Source: Bugula neritina
Taxonomy: Eukaryota > Animalia > Bryozoa
NCBI GenBank assembly: GCA_964035545.1
Contig: OZ037773.1
Location: forward strand, 2,385,751 to 2,449,750
Direction of reading: 5' to 3'
DNA length: 64,000 nt
The translations under genes and the position numbers were made by a program. The notes beneath the pieces were generated by a model, which was not told the origin of the DNA, made no database searches, and saw only the letters and a program-made list of their open reading frames with translations. Numbering within the stretch: the first letter of the stretch is position 1; each line of letters starts with the position of its first letter. Shown here one piece after another: positions 25,268 to 39,176 of the stretch.

Positions 25268-26821
25268 TCCAGCAAACCATCAACTGATATCATTTGATGT
25301 TGTTTCCCTCTTTACTTCTGTACCACTTGACTACACGATTTCAGCAATCATAAATGATATTTATGAGAAACAACGAATTCAAACAACTATACCAAAGAAG
25401 AAAATGATAAACTTACTCAACCTTTGTACAAAACAAGTTCACTTTACTTTCAACGACATCATTTATACACAGATGGATGGTGTTGCTATGGGATCTCCTC
25501 TAGGACCAATAATTGCGAATATATTCATGACTAAACTAGAACAGAAAGTAATACCAAAGTTGAATTCAATGTCACCTTGGGTGAGATACATAGATGACAC
25601 ATTTGCAACAATAGACCCTGAGTATATTAACACAACACTCAACACACTTAATAATTTTCATCCTAACATAAAATTTACTCACGAACTAGAAACCAATGAA
25701 TCACTTTCTTTTCTGGATGTTACTGTTTTGCGACACAATAGCTCAGTGGAAACCACAGTATTCCGCAAACCAACACATAACGATACATACTTACATTGGA
25801 ACTCTTTCTCACTAAAAACGTGGAAGCTAAGCACACTCAAGTCACTAGTATTAAGGGCTAATAAAATCTGTTCTACTCCAGCACTTAAGACCCAAGAACT
25901 AAACTATATTCGAAATGTTTTTGAACATAAAAATGGTTACCCTAAATATGTAATAGAGAAAACTATTAACAACATTGGTGACGGACTACTCAGTGAAAAA
26001 GACAACAGGAAACACATTTTACTTCAGCTGCCTTATAAAGGAGTAACAGGAGAAAAACTAATCCGCTCCCTCAATAAATTAATTACAGACTCTTTTTCAA
26101 ATGAACTCAATGCCCGTATTTTATTTAAAGGAACCCCCTTAAGTTCACATTTTAATCTCAAAGATAAAACCAATAAAGAACACATTCACAACCTAGTCTA
26201 CAAAATAACCTGCCCTGAAGCTACCTGTCAACAAACATATGTAGGCGAAACTGGACGTCGCCTATCACACAGGATACATGAACACTGCAATGACATCAAT
26301 TCCAAAATTTATCAACACATCTCTACCACTAATCATGGAAACATATCAATAGACAATGTAACAGTTTTAAATCATTCATTTAAAGGAATCCACCATCGAA
26401 AAGTAGCCGAAGCTCTCTACATTAAACAAATAAAACCGCAACTCAATAAACAAAATTACTCCATACCACTAAAACTATATCAATAGCTCCACACTACTCA
26501 ACTCTCACATAGTTTCACTAATTCTTGCTGTTTTTATATTTGGATATCTATTTTTTTGTCAACTCTAATTTATTTTTTATGCAAAAAAATCAGTATAATT
26601 TTTGACCTGCGTAATATATAAAATAAGATTATTTCCCTAAGTTTCAATAATTTACAGTAACTGCCACTCTCTATTCTTTGTGTCATGCATAACGTCTAAC
26701 GTAACATAATAATTTTTGAATTTCATTCATTGCTACTCTGAAGATGGGTACAGTGGTACCCGAAATATCAGTGTAATTACTTTACCTAATAAAGTAATAA
26801 ATAACAATGTTTCTCGTATAC

Positions 26822-26825
<4 letters not shown>
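25268..26825 (+). mobile_element. Penelope-like retroelement (RT + C-terminal GIY-YIG), 5'-truncated, in (TA)n
   Basis: [65 protein letters not shown]; ORF open to 26486; no Neptune-type Cys linker. Confidence 0.93.
26730..26776 (+). ncRNA. Minimal type I hammerhead ribozyme in PLE 3' end
   Basis: CTGAAGA 26738-44, stem II gggtac/gtaccc, GAAA 26762-65, ATAT palindrome, ATC triplet; stem I ttgc(t)act/agtgtaa. Confidence 0.75.
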
Positions 26826-26827
<2 letters not shown>

Positions 26828-26895
<68 letters not shown>

Positions 26896-26900
26896 ATATA
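26828..26900. repeat. (TA)n microsatellite
   Basis: Directly visible. Confidence 0.95.
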
Positions 26901-27705
26901 TTGATTTACTTTAAATATAACTTCAACTATAACACTACAATTTAATAATAGATACATTGATGACAAGAAAAATGAAACATAAAACATTACAAAATTGTTG
27001 CATAACAATGTTCAACATACCTCTATTACCCTTCCTGGTGAGAGTTAGAATTAAATATATAAAGTTGTGATAGTGGAAGTTTAAATATTTACATATATCA
27101 TGTACAAAATCAAAAATGACTCGTGAGAACTACAATAGTCAGTGGAGAAAAGCATCAGACTGGCATGAAGGCATAAAACAAATCAGCTACTATAATTCCT
27201 GGCTACAAGCTATAAAAAGCTGACAGCTATTCTGGTAGCAAAATCATTGCATTGTAATAGTGAAAACAAAGCTATCTGTGGTTTAAAAAGCTGTGGCTAA
27301 GTGAGTAGCTAAGTGAGTATATGAGTGAATGGTGATAAATTGTCCTGCGTCACTGCAAGTGATGATTTGAATAAATTGAGCAAAAGTTAAGACAATGTAG
27401 TAGTGTTATAATTTCCAGAATTGCGGGTTGGTGTGCAATCAAGTGACTCTTATTTAGTATGCTAGAGAAACTTCGCCAGTGTAATCCGAGTAATACTAAT
27501 AAATTTTATACACAATGATACATCACGAAAACTACAGTTATACAAATACATTCAGCTAATCGATATGGTCTATACAGTTCACCAGCCTAACTCATTAACT
27601 ACAACGCGGGAAGCTATCACTACAAAAACTGTCAGTCATTCCGATTGGTTGTCTGCTGTCTCGGGTCATCCCAATGACCCCGTGCTGCACTCATGGGGAA
27701 ATAAC

Positions 27706-28205
27706 CACGGGCTTTCCATGTACCGATCTCAGATCGATCTCAAAAATGTGCTCAGATCGATCGTTTTTCCATGAGAGCGTCAGATCGATCTCGCGAAGTT
27801 GCCTCCTCTTAAGTGAAGGGTACTTTAAAATTATAATTTGTTTACCTATTTGAGTGATTAAAGCTACTACTGTTGAAAACAAGACGTTCGTAGTCTAAAA
27901 TTTAATCCCATCAATAAACTGTACGCAGCAAAACTTTCAGTGTATGGTAATTTGGCCAATTTAAAATAATAAATTTTAATTTTTTAGCTTGGCAGCTTAT
28001 ATAAAATTAATGGCTGTCTTGCAGATTATTAATAAACTTACAGGACTGTTGGGCTTAAAATTACAAAGAAAATAGCTTATGAAACTAAGTTTTAATAGTC
28101 ATTTAAATTCAATTTAAATTCTCCCATTTTTTACCTTCTGCTGCATATAATTAAGTTTTCTTAATCATTGTACTGAAAGTCAAAGTTTTGGCATCTGAAA
28201 AGGTA
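27706..28205 (+). mobile_element. Truncated MITE (5' part), same family as 42301-43078
   Basis: Starts cacgggctttccatg; collinear with 42301-42830. Confidence 0.8.
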
Positions 28206-28844
28206 GTGTCGAACAAAAATTTAAAAATAATTAAAATAATTAAGATTAAAAATAAACTTTGCAATTTATAATTGATAACTGAATTAAATAACTGAATTAA
28301 ATAATTGAATCGGATTAAATTGAACCTCTGGTTTAGTCAGATTGGTCAGTTAAAATGAAGCGAAGTTACTTATTAGCTTTTAGTTTCAAAATTTCTATAT
28401 AATTTGCAATTGATTAATCAAAAACAAGAGTTATCTTTGCTCGACAAATATTATGGTTTGGAAATCATGTAGTAATGTATATATGTGGTTCTATGTATAT
28501 TGTGTAATGGTTAGCACTCAGGCTAATATTCTGTGAGACAAATTTGGGATTTGCTCCCCCAGAAGAATTGAAATTATAATATATATGTGTTGTATAATAT
28601 GTATATCTATTTGATAATAATATTGAAGCAAGCAAATTACAATAATAAAATATTACAAGAAATTAGCCAAACCAAAACAAAGATTGTCCTAGCGACCCTT
28701 TGAAATCTTGCTGTGTTATACTAGCAACAGAAATAGCTAAGTTTGACAATTGGGATAGAAAGGCTTATACAAAATTGAATACACAATGAGAATTGCAAGT
28801 AGAACATCAATATTAAAATATATGCTTTAACATAAACTCATACA

Positions 28845-29430
28845 GCCTTGAAATAAATTCTTCAATATAAATTAGTGCAGCTTTAGAATTCAAATATTTT
28901 CTCAATCCAAATATTTTCTCAAGTATAAATTTGTGCAGCTTTTAAAATTCAAATATTTTTTCAATGTAAATTTATGCAGCTTTAAAATTCAAATATTTCT
29001 TCAATGTAAATTTGTGTAGACTAGAAACAAATTTCTCAATTCAAATATAAATTTATGCAGCTCTTTTTTTTTTAAATTCAAATACTTTCTCAATCCAAAT
29101 ATTTCTCAAATATAGATTTGTGTAGACTAGAGACAAATTTCTCAATTCAAATATTTCTCAAATATAAATCTGTGCAGCTTTGACATAAATTTTCTCAATT
29201 CAAATATTTCTCAAATATAAATCTGTGCAGCTTTGACATAAATTTTCTCAATTCAAATGTTTCTCAAATAAATTTGTGCTGCTTCAGAATCAATAAATCA
29301 AATCAACAGATTTCTCAAAATAAATTTGTGCTGCTTCAGAATCAATAAATCAAATCAACAATTTGTGCTGCTTCAGAATCAATAAATCAAATCAATAATT
29401 TCTTAAAATAAATTTGTGCTGCTTCAGAAT
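28845..29430. repeat. Degenerate ~35-52 bp minisatellite
   Basis: Repeated ttcaaatatttctcaaatataaatttgtgcagcttt and aatttgtgctgcttcagaatcaataaatcaaatc. Confidence 0.8.
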
Positions 29431-31444
29431 TAAAAGAACATTGATAAACTTGTTAGCTCAAATAGCGTAGTACAAGAAGTTAATACATAAATATATCCAT
29501 AAAAAATTGTAATATTACTTACTGCAATCAATACGTGTATTGTCAGTCTCTTGAAATTTCCCTTAGCGTTAGCAATTACTATTATTACGGTTAATACTAA
29601 TATATATATTTTGTATTCCGATTATCTTTGTATACCAATTAATTAATTACTCAATTACTCAATTACTGATTTTCCAGAGACCCGGTGGCTCCTTTTATAT
29701 CGGATCTTCTTGGCGGTGGTTCAGATTTCAAGGATACCGGCAACAACTGGTGAAAACTGGCCGACGAAAACTGGCGGCAGAAATTGACGCGGAATTCGGT
29801 CAGGTATGTTGTTGTTTACAGCCAAGATGGGGATTGACGTAAGAGGATCTGCTATTGTTGACTCATCTTTGTATTTTGTAGGCTATATCATCGTTAATTG
29901 TACCTCAGTCTATAATTTGAAGAATAATTTTTGACTACAATATGGTAAAATATATCAGCCAATGGTCACGTGTTGATCTCTATAATAGGTTATATTAATG
30001 TTAAATAATTTATTAAGCATCTAAATTGTTGTATATCATCTATATGTTGGCATGAATAAATATTCACACATATACATGTATATATCTCTATTTGTAAACA
30101 GCATCTGTTATATGTTTCAGCTTTTTATCCATTTCCATTTGTTCAGCAATTAGTGTTTTATTTCAAAAGTCAGTATCACAAATTCCAACACGTGATCATG
30201 GCATGTAGTACTGTCTCAACACCGCAATTACTTATTTAAAAGCCACATTACTAAATAATACTATTTGCATTATCTAAAAGAAGCTATAAAACCATGTGTC
30301 ATATATATTAATTATTGCATCAAGCAATTTCTATGCAAGACCAAATATTTAACTTACTCAAAACTTGTACATTTGAATTTTTAACTTCACTCAATTACTG
30401 GGCTTCATGTATCATATAACTTTTGAATGTACTTGAATGTTGTAGATAAACTGTAGTCTACATACCGTGGTGAAGCAGATATAATAATTTATAATTGCAT
30501 CAACCTGCTGCAGCAGCCATCCCACTGGAAGTCTCAAGCAAACGTCAGCATCGCCGAAGCCATATTTTATTAAGCTGGCAGAACATCTCAGATACACAAC
30601 TTGTGAAGTACAGAAGTAAGAATTAACATAAGAGAACAGTATATGTATAATCATGCATCCTACCGAGAATATAGTTTTTAAGAATTTTCTGAGAACAATG
30701 GTAATATATATATATAGATATATATCAATACTTTTAGTTTAATCACTTATGACATAATTTATAGAAATTCTACTTCTAACATTATTGCAAAATGTTTCCC
30801 GCAATCCTTGCAAACTTGTAGAAATGAGGCTATCTAACATTTCTATTTTGTTTATATTAGCGAATAGTTTCAGTCTTTATATCGGTCACCATGAGGATAC
30901 AATTGTTTTGACACTTCTATTCCCATCAATAAAATAAGCATTTTCTACGTAAAAGAGAAACTATGTCTGTTTACCTGGTAGATTATTTTGCAAGGCCATG
31001 ATAGAGTTTTGACTTTGCAAGTTATTTTGCAAGGCCATGATAGAATTTTGAATTTCCTCTCCACTACTTTTACTAAAACTCTTAAGCTATACTCATATAT
31101 TCAAACCATTAGTTCTAATCATAACTACTATTAGCATATCATTCTGTAAAAAACATCAAGTTGCTGTGCAGTATCTACTCTGCAAAATATAAAGTACTGT
31201 GTAATCTCTGATCTGACAGTAGCTATCATAATTATTTAATACTTTGCTTAGTAATTTACTTATTACGCTAGTAGCTCTACGAGCCACCACAATACTACTG
31301 TATCCATCTTCAAATCATAGGATATAGCTACATAGTACGTGTATTATAATACTCACTCACGCAAGTTTATAGTTGCTATCCCTGTGAGAAACCCCTGATG
31401 GAAAGGGGTTTTTGCAAAATCTGGCTAAAGACTTCTTCAGATGA

Positions 31445-31565
31445 GGCACAGGAGCAATTATAACTGAATGCTCTTCCTAATATCACTAATGGCTTTTGTC
31501 GGTTTGAACCCATGACTTGGTGTTCACTAAGCAAACGATCTAACCTCTAAACCACGACTGCTCCC
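31445..31565 (-). mobile_element. tRNA-derived SINE remnant
   Basis: Minus strand: A box tggtttagagg, B box ggttcaaacc, followed by aggaagagcattcag. Confidence 0.55.
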
Positions 31566-31910
31566 TAGTACATATTATATTATAATACAATACTATTTTA
31601 AAATGTTCAATAAGAGTTGTATGCCCTCACTACTTGTTGTCGGCTATTATGACTGAGCTAGAAATAACAATTTTCTAGTTCATTGGTTATCAATAATGTG
31701 ATAGTTAATTTACGATGTTTTCAGGTCGATCAATTTACTAAAATTATGTAAACAACTCTTAACATCAATAAGGATTCCACTTCAGTCACAAGTAGGTGAC
31801 ATGCCTAATGCCTTTCGGAGGCCTTAGTTTGAGTTAGACTTTTGCACGCGATTGCTAGGGTGAATTTAGCTATAAAAGCATCTTTTGAACGTGAGAACTC
31901 ACTCATCAAT

Positions 31911-34900
31911 ATGAAAAAGTCTTTGGTTTTGGCTATTTTAACATCTTGTGTGTTTGAGATGGTTTGGCTGTACCCAGACAAAACTAAGGTTACTCCTACG
32001 GCTACAGCTATAGACTTGGAGTTAAGTGAAGTAATGGCTCCTGAAAGACAACCTGAACCTAAGTTAAAAAGAAATGGTTATAAGATGAGTAAGGAATTTA
32101 CGGGCTCTGAGACTGATGAGAGATACCCTCGCCATGTTCATTTATCTCTTGGAGGTATAGTATAAGACTGAGTACTAGTACTGCTAGTGCTACTAGTACT
32201 AGTACTGTAGCACAGGTCCAGCGACAGATTGTTATTCTTAGTATAATGTATATTATACTAAACAGTATACTGTATAGTATACTATACAGTATACTGTATA
32301 TTATACTATACAGTATGCTGTATAGTATACTAAATCCAAAGAACCTTTGTTTTATGATTTTAATTTATAGACTGAGTATTCATACTGGTTTTCGTAATCG
32401 TAACGGTAACTTTTCATTATAATTATACTTGACAGTTGGTAGTTATTTTTATTGCTATTTTCATTATTTTTTTCACTTTTACAAACACAGTTGTTGAGAC
32501 TGAGATGGTGGTAACCTGGACGACATTTCAGGAAACACCTGGTGCTGCAGAATACAGTTTACCAATGTCACCACAGAAGATTACTGTTCCATCTAATGTT
32601 ACTATATTCATTGATGGCGGAGATGAGCACAGGAAATACTATATCCACCGAGCTCGTATGACCGATCTGAAGCCCTCCCAAGTTTACGGTAAAATTTTTT
32701 TACTTTTATCAGAATGAGGTACATTTGACTGTTGAAAGCTGATAAACATTGAAAGCAGTTTAGAGATTGTGAGTAATATTCTAGGTTGAATATTGATGTT
32801 ACAATAATTTGCACTGGTAGAGTTGTAGGCTGGTTTTCATAAATTATTAACATAAGCAAATTACTATAGTATGATGGCAACTATTTATACCAAACCATTT
32901 TTCAAAATCGTGACATTGCCATAATTATTCATACACTTGCTGTTTTTAGGCACATGTCCATTTTAGTTAGTGCAGCTGTTGCAGGAACATTGTTACTGAA
33001 ACTGAGTCCAGCTTCAACAATAATATTATTAGGCAAATACTACTAAATTTTAGCTTGCTGGAAATATTACTCTCATATTAGTTATTTGAATACTACTTTC
33101 TAGAATACAGAGTGGAGGATGAAGATGGCGGCTGGTCGCCATTGTTCTCTTTCCGTGCCACGCCGTCTGGTTCCAACTGGTCGCCGGTTGTGGCCATTTA
33201 AGGTGACTTGGGCAATGTAAATGGCAGATCTATTGGTAGACTTCAAACAGAGGCTCAGTACGGCACAATTGATGCTGTATTTCATATTGGTAAGAGATGA
33301 TATGTGAGCTATTATTAGTCACTGAAAGCTTTATACTTTGTCACGATTGAATGTTTCTCAGTATTGTTTTTTCAACAAAGTAGTCATTACTATAGTTGGT
33401 ATTTTTATGTTATTGACACTTCTGACTATTTTTGTAAAAATAATTATATTTTTTAGTTAAATTAGCTAATTTGAATTTTTTAGGTGACTTTGCGTACAAC
33501 CTCGATGATGTAAGTAAAAGAACAAAGCATATAAGATTCTTCTCCCTTAGTTGTACATACTATGTCCTCATTTTGAACATTGATGTCTTCGTAATTTGTG
33601 TCCGAAATACTATGCTTGTATGAATCAGTCGCTGGTGAGCTTTTTACTGATACAATGAGGTGCTGCAAGACATCAAAGTGTGAAGTGCTAGAGTTTAGTT
33701 ATGAAAATTTTCAATTAAATTGCTGAGCAGTTTATTAATTGTTGTTTTCTCTTTATAGGATAATGGTAGGTCATATTTCCTATTAAGCTTTAATGCTTGT
33801 AATTATATGAGGAAGGACTTGGTTTATTTTAGTAAAACTGTCTATAATTTGCCAACCCTAAAGTTTCTGGTGTACTTGTAACCTTTGTATGGTTTTTTGG
33901 GATTTGGTTAAATCCAAGCCTATTGGTTTTGTTTCAATATTGAATATTTTTGCTTTAGTAAAAACCTCACTGCAGCTGTGTCCGTTCCACTATGATTGTT
34001 TATTTATCTTAAAGATGGAGTACAAAAGCCTAAGTCGGTGTTAAAGTTCACTAAACAAACTGTTCTTATCTTCTCCCCTGGTCACTGGCGGTTTATACAC
34101 TATTATTAGAAATATTCACTGGGGTCAAAGTGATAGAAAATATTACAATAATTTCAGTAATAAATTTGATGATAATCAGAAATGTGGCTGAAGTGAACTT
34201 TGCCATCAACTCAGTATAACAGTTTTTTGGTTGTCAACTTATTAGAGAAGTGAGCTTCAGTTAATTTCGTGGTTAATCTAAACTCTTAGCTGCTGCTTAG
34301 TTACTCATCTTTTTCTCTTTGGGAATTAAATTTCGCTTCAAGTCATAAACAAACGCATGTGCTGTGCTTACTAAGCTTTTACTTGGTTTTTAATTAGGTT
34401 GATGTGCACTAATTTCGAACATCTTGATTTATAATTTTATTGTTTGGCTACTGCTTTTCTCATGCTGTTATATTTTGCACTCTGAATCTTCTTGTCAGTC
34501 TCTTTTTTTAAAAACAGTAAACCGATAGCGAATTTTACCTTTGGCTCATTTTTATAAATTATGCAATTTGATAATATAAAAAGTATATGACTGTATTTCA
34601 TATTATAATATGCAATACTAAGGTTGTAATGCAGGGAGAATTGGTGATGCGTTTATGGACCAAATAGAGAGTATTGCTGGCTATGTGCCATATATGACAG
34701 CGGTGGGCAATCATGAAAACTCTTACAACTTTAGTAACTATAGAAACAGGTTCTCCATGCCTGGTGGGGACGGTGAGGGACTGTTCTATAGGTAAGTGGA
34801 TATTAGGCTATCTGTGTTTCTATAGGTAGAATGTTTCTAGAAGCAGCGCCGAGTTAGGGGTGACTGAGTACAGTAATAAAGCCATTTTGCTAAAGAGTTC

Positions 34901-35714
34901 TATTTTTACTTTAAAAACTGATTCAGTTTTCTTAAGTGACTAAGTCTGTTCAAGTCCACAAAAAAGACAAACAAGTTTGCAGAAAAGTTGAATTGAAGTA
35001 ATATTTGTCTGAAGTCTATTTAACAGCGCTATATCAGAATAAATTCATCGGATCCAAGTTTAAACTGGGCTAAAAAAGCTTTATGGAAGGCCATTTTCCT
35101 ATTAGTTTGAATGGCTGTCGAAACAACCTAAGATATCAGGATTTGTTTTCCCTCAGCTCTGTATTATGATGATGATGGATGCCGTTTGTTTTACAGCTTT
35201 GATTATGGTCCAGCCCACATAGTTACTTTCAGTTCTGAGGTTTTCTTCTTTATTAATCAAGGACTAGAACTCATTGCAAAGCAGAAGTTTTGGTTAATGA
35301 AAGACTTGGAGGTATATTTTAAACTATTTCTTTTAAACTAATATAATATGGCTCTAAGAAAATTAAAATTTAAAGAGTGAGCAAATGAATACCAACTACC
35401 GATGACATGCTCAGCGCTCCTGCTCCTTGTAAATTTATGAGTTTTATTTTTTCAATACTTGTATGATTTATTTGTGGTAAATAACTTTTAGATCTTTTAG
35501 ATCATTTTCTTCCGTTGACTTTGTTCACACGAGTTGTATGATCTGTATAATCAGTAGAATATTTAACTCTATTTATAGGCAGCCAATAAGAACAGAGCTG
35601 AGCGTCCATGGCTGATAGTGCAAGCCCACAGACCAATGTACTGCTCCAACGGTGTTCAGAATGATTGCGCTTATTTTGAAGGAATTGTAAGTAATTACTA
35701 TTTTCTTTTTTGTG

Positions 35715-35761
<47 letters not shown>

Positions 35762-37418
35762 GCTCTAAGTTTTGTTTGTATTCCTCACTTAGAACTATGA
35801 CAGTGTTGAACTTCAGCTAATATGCTATCTCATATAACCCATCACCTTGCTGCAATACTATAGTCATCAGTTGATTTGATATCTTATTTGTTTAGTTTTA
35901 TTTGATATCCTTCATTAGGTTTTGGCAAAGGCAGATATAATATTAGCAGCTAGAATGTTATAAAATAGGCAAGTAACATATCAGTCATTGTATGTGTTGT
36001 GTTTCGCTTAACAAATGTTTAACTTACTTAAAGTTTCTGTAGTAGCTAAAACACTTTTGTGATGAAACAAAAGACAGTTCAGGCATAATACATGTTGCTG
36101 TGGACTTTAGATGAGATACTTTGTGGAGGACATGTTGTATGATGCTGGTGTAGACGTGTTTATTGCTGGACACGAGCATTTCTATGAAAGATCTTGGCCT
36201 ATTTACGACACAAAGGTTGGTTGAACTTCTTCTTTATCTGCAGGGTGATGCTTATATTATTTCTATCAACGTTGGGAGTGCACTCTTTTGATCATTTAAA
36301 ATACTAAATGAAATTTATAGTATTTAATTTTGTGTGTTAGTCGTGCTGATTTATTCTAATGTTTGTGCGGTCTTGAGCATTTAGGAATTGTCTTAACTTA
36401 CTTTGCATACTTTTGTGATTTCTCAGGTGTGCAATGGGAGTTATGACCACCCGTACACTGAGCCAAATGCACCCGTTCATATTATAACTGGATCAGCTGT
36501 AAGTCAACCACTTGCTAGCACTTGGTAGCTTATTCAAAAAACACATGCCCCATGCATACAATCTCTACAATCTACATACGCCTATACATACAGTCATTGC
36601 ATACACTCTTAGCACACAGCCTTTGTGATATCATTATATAATACAAAGTAATCTTATATGCAAAGCTGTAATTTCATGGCAGCTGTTATTTTGTAAATAA
36701 CGTATAAGATAATTTGCGGTGCAATCATTTTGTTTACTTTTGAAAGGGAATGTTTGCTGGTCACAGTCCTTTTAAAAAGATACAACCATTCTGGAGCGCT
36801 TACAGAACACAGAATTATGGGTATAGTAGGTTTCACTTTGTCAATGGGACGCATCTGCTTGTGGAATGGGTGAGTGGAGAAAGACCAATGCATCGTGGGT
36901 CGAATGCGTGTCAATATGGTCATAATTTCCTATTGCAATTCATTTCAAGAATACCTCTGAAACAAGCTATAGATTGTATCTACCACTCTCATTTATCTTA
37001 AATAATTAGAGAAACCAGTTTTAAGTTCTCACACACTTTATAATTTTATTTATTTGCAAAATCTTCTGTTTAATTATATAGGCCAAAGTTTAGTAAGCAA
37101 ATTAATTCTCAGTTTTATACTTTAGTTGTAGTGTATTTTATTCGCTTAGATATTTAGCAAAAGTGGTTTACGGAGTTAGCAGTAAAATTGAAAATCTTTG
37201 CATCCTATATTTTTATCTATATGTAGAGTTTTTTAACCTATTTCCATTAGCATCTGTATTCGACCTACAGGTTAGCAGGGGCAGATAATTCTACTGTTTA
37301 TGCTCTGTAGGTTGACGATGAGCAGGATGGTAAAGTAACAGATTCCAACTGGATTATTAAACATAAGCATGGAGCTGGCACTTACGACTGTCACCTCAGA
37401 GAAGGGAAACGCTGGTAG
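31911..37418 (+). pseudogene. ACP7: Purple acid phosphatase ACP7/PAPL-like gene, 12 exons, one premature TAA
   Basis: Exons 31911-32154, 32491-32688, 33104-33289, 33484-33509, 33759-33765, 34635-34791, 35197-35311, 35579-35686, 36111-36215, 36427-36498, 36747-36869, 37311-37418. Signal peptide; GDLG, GDFAY, GNHE, HRPMY and GHEH motifs; TATAAAA at 31871; TAA at 33199. Confidence 0.88.
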
Positions 37419-38204
37419 GCATCATATAGTTGACAAAGCAACTGCTTTATGCCAAGTGTTGGTGGTAACTGACTCACTGCTAATTTTTATATGTTTTAAA
37501 AGTTGAATTTCCTTGACCAGCTTATCCAAGGGCTCTCTGCTTTTATATCATCATCATGTTTAAAATGCAATAATTTATGAATAGTTATATATGTTTACAT
37601 TGGTATTTAACTAAATTTCATAACATAGGAGGGCAAAAGCGTCTTATGTTTTGATAGATTTTGTATTTCTACAATCTGGAACATTCATGTGCAAAACATT
37701 CTCTAGTTTTTTTATTGATATTACTATTAAATGGTGGAATACTTTTAAATATTCTGTATTTTTTTCAATCATTGATATTTGAAATGTAAGTTAACCCATT
37801 ATTTTTTCACATGGATTAAAGACAGAGTTTTACACTATAACTTTGCAATGCAAAGAAAAAAATTTATTTTCACAAATGCACCAGTTTTTTTAACAATCTC
37901 ATATCTTGTGTCTGACACTAAGGTAAATGATATTTATATTTACTTCAGTACATATTTATTTAGCCAAAATATAGACTGCATAATCCATCTTTAATGATGA
38001 AAGCATTGTGATGCACTGTTTCACAAATATAGATTTATTGTACTTGTTTGCGGAGACTATTGATAAATATTTCAACAACTTATATCTGCATTTACAGTTG
38101 ACATCTACAGTAAACGCTGTAGTCAATGAATTTACAAGAGAGTTATCTCCCCTCTGTACAATTTTTCCATGAAATAGTCGGACTAGGAGTCACAGTGTGG
38201 ATAT

Positions 38205-39176
38205 AAAAATTGACAGGTGGGTGGAGCCTATGGCACAATATCATATTGCTTTCCTGGATGTATCTGTAATTCTCTCAGTACAGCCACAATCTTTTGTTGT
38301 AGCATCTAGAATGTCAACTTTTAGTATGCAGACATTCTATAGTATCCTTATGGGTCACACCACTTTCTAATTTATTCTGACCAACAGAACATTTTCCCCG
38401 CAGCTTTGAAAACTGCAAACTCAGAGTTATCTTCCCCTAGTTTAGGAAGTTTCTTTTTTACTCAATATTAATGCTTTTTATCAATTTGGTTGACATTGCT
38501 CTAATATAAATTGAAGTTTAACTTGGTTTTATTAGCTGATAGCTCATTTGTAATAGATAAAGGAAATACTGCTTCAAACACAGGAACATGAAACTTTTCA
38601 TCTTTGAAATAGTTATATTAGCATTAAATACGTTTTATTGTTGTTTGATACCAAAATATGTGTACTCTGCCAGTTACACACAATAACAAAATGCAACTTT
38701 ATAGCCTTCAGATAAAGAATATTTTAGAATAATAAGAACTACCCTATTAAACAATGCAGAAATAAGTAAACAAGAATATTTGCTTACTTGTATACTCAAA
38801 GTCCTTACATGTTACTAGTACTGTAGAGAGCGAGTTCAATATATTATCATAATTGAATAGAACCGAACCTGCTATTAAACAAAAGAGAGAATTACACTAT
38901 TAGAATATTGTGATAATATCTGACTTCTCTTCAATGTTATAAGTGATGCAAGATTTGATTTTGATAAGTTATAGTATGGGCCACCCACCCATTCGTGTTT
39001 ATTATACACAACAGCACCTGAACAAGTTGCACCAGGAGTCTGCTTCAACATAACTATTTTGTTTTGTGAAGTCTGGGATAGACAATTCCTGGAATGCAGG
39101 TTAAGCCTGATAGAAGATTATACTTTTTATTCAGTTGTTTATGTATAAACTATTTTACATATTTTAGATTTTAAAT
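38205..39176 (+). repeat. Left arm of ~970-bp inverted repeat flanking H2B
   Basis: Reverse complement of 41227-42178, e.g. gacaggtgggtggagcctatggcacaa vs ttgtgccataggctccacccacctgtc. Confidence 0.9.

Noticed and set aside
32265-32332. Palindromic tatac/gtata tract in ACP7 intron 1
   Set aside because: Low-complexity repeat with no evidence of function.
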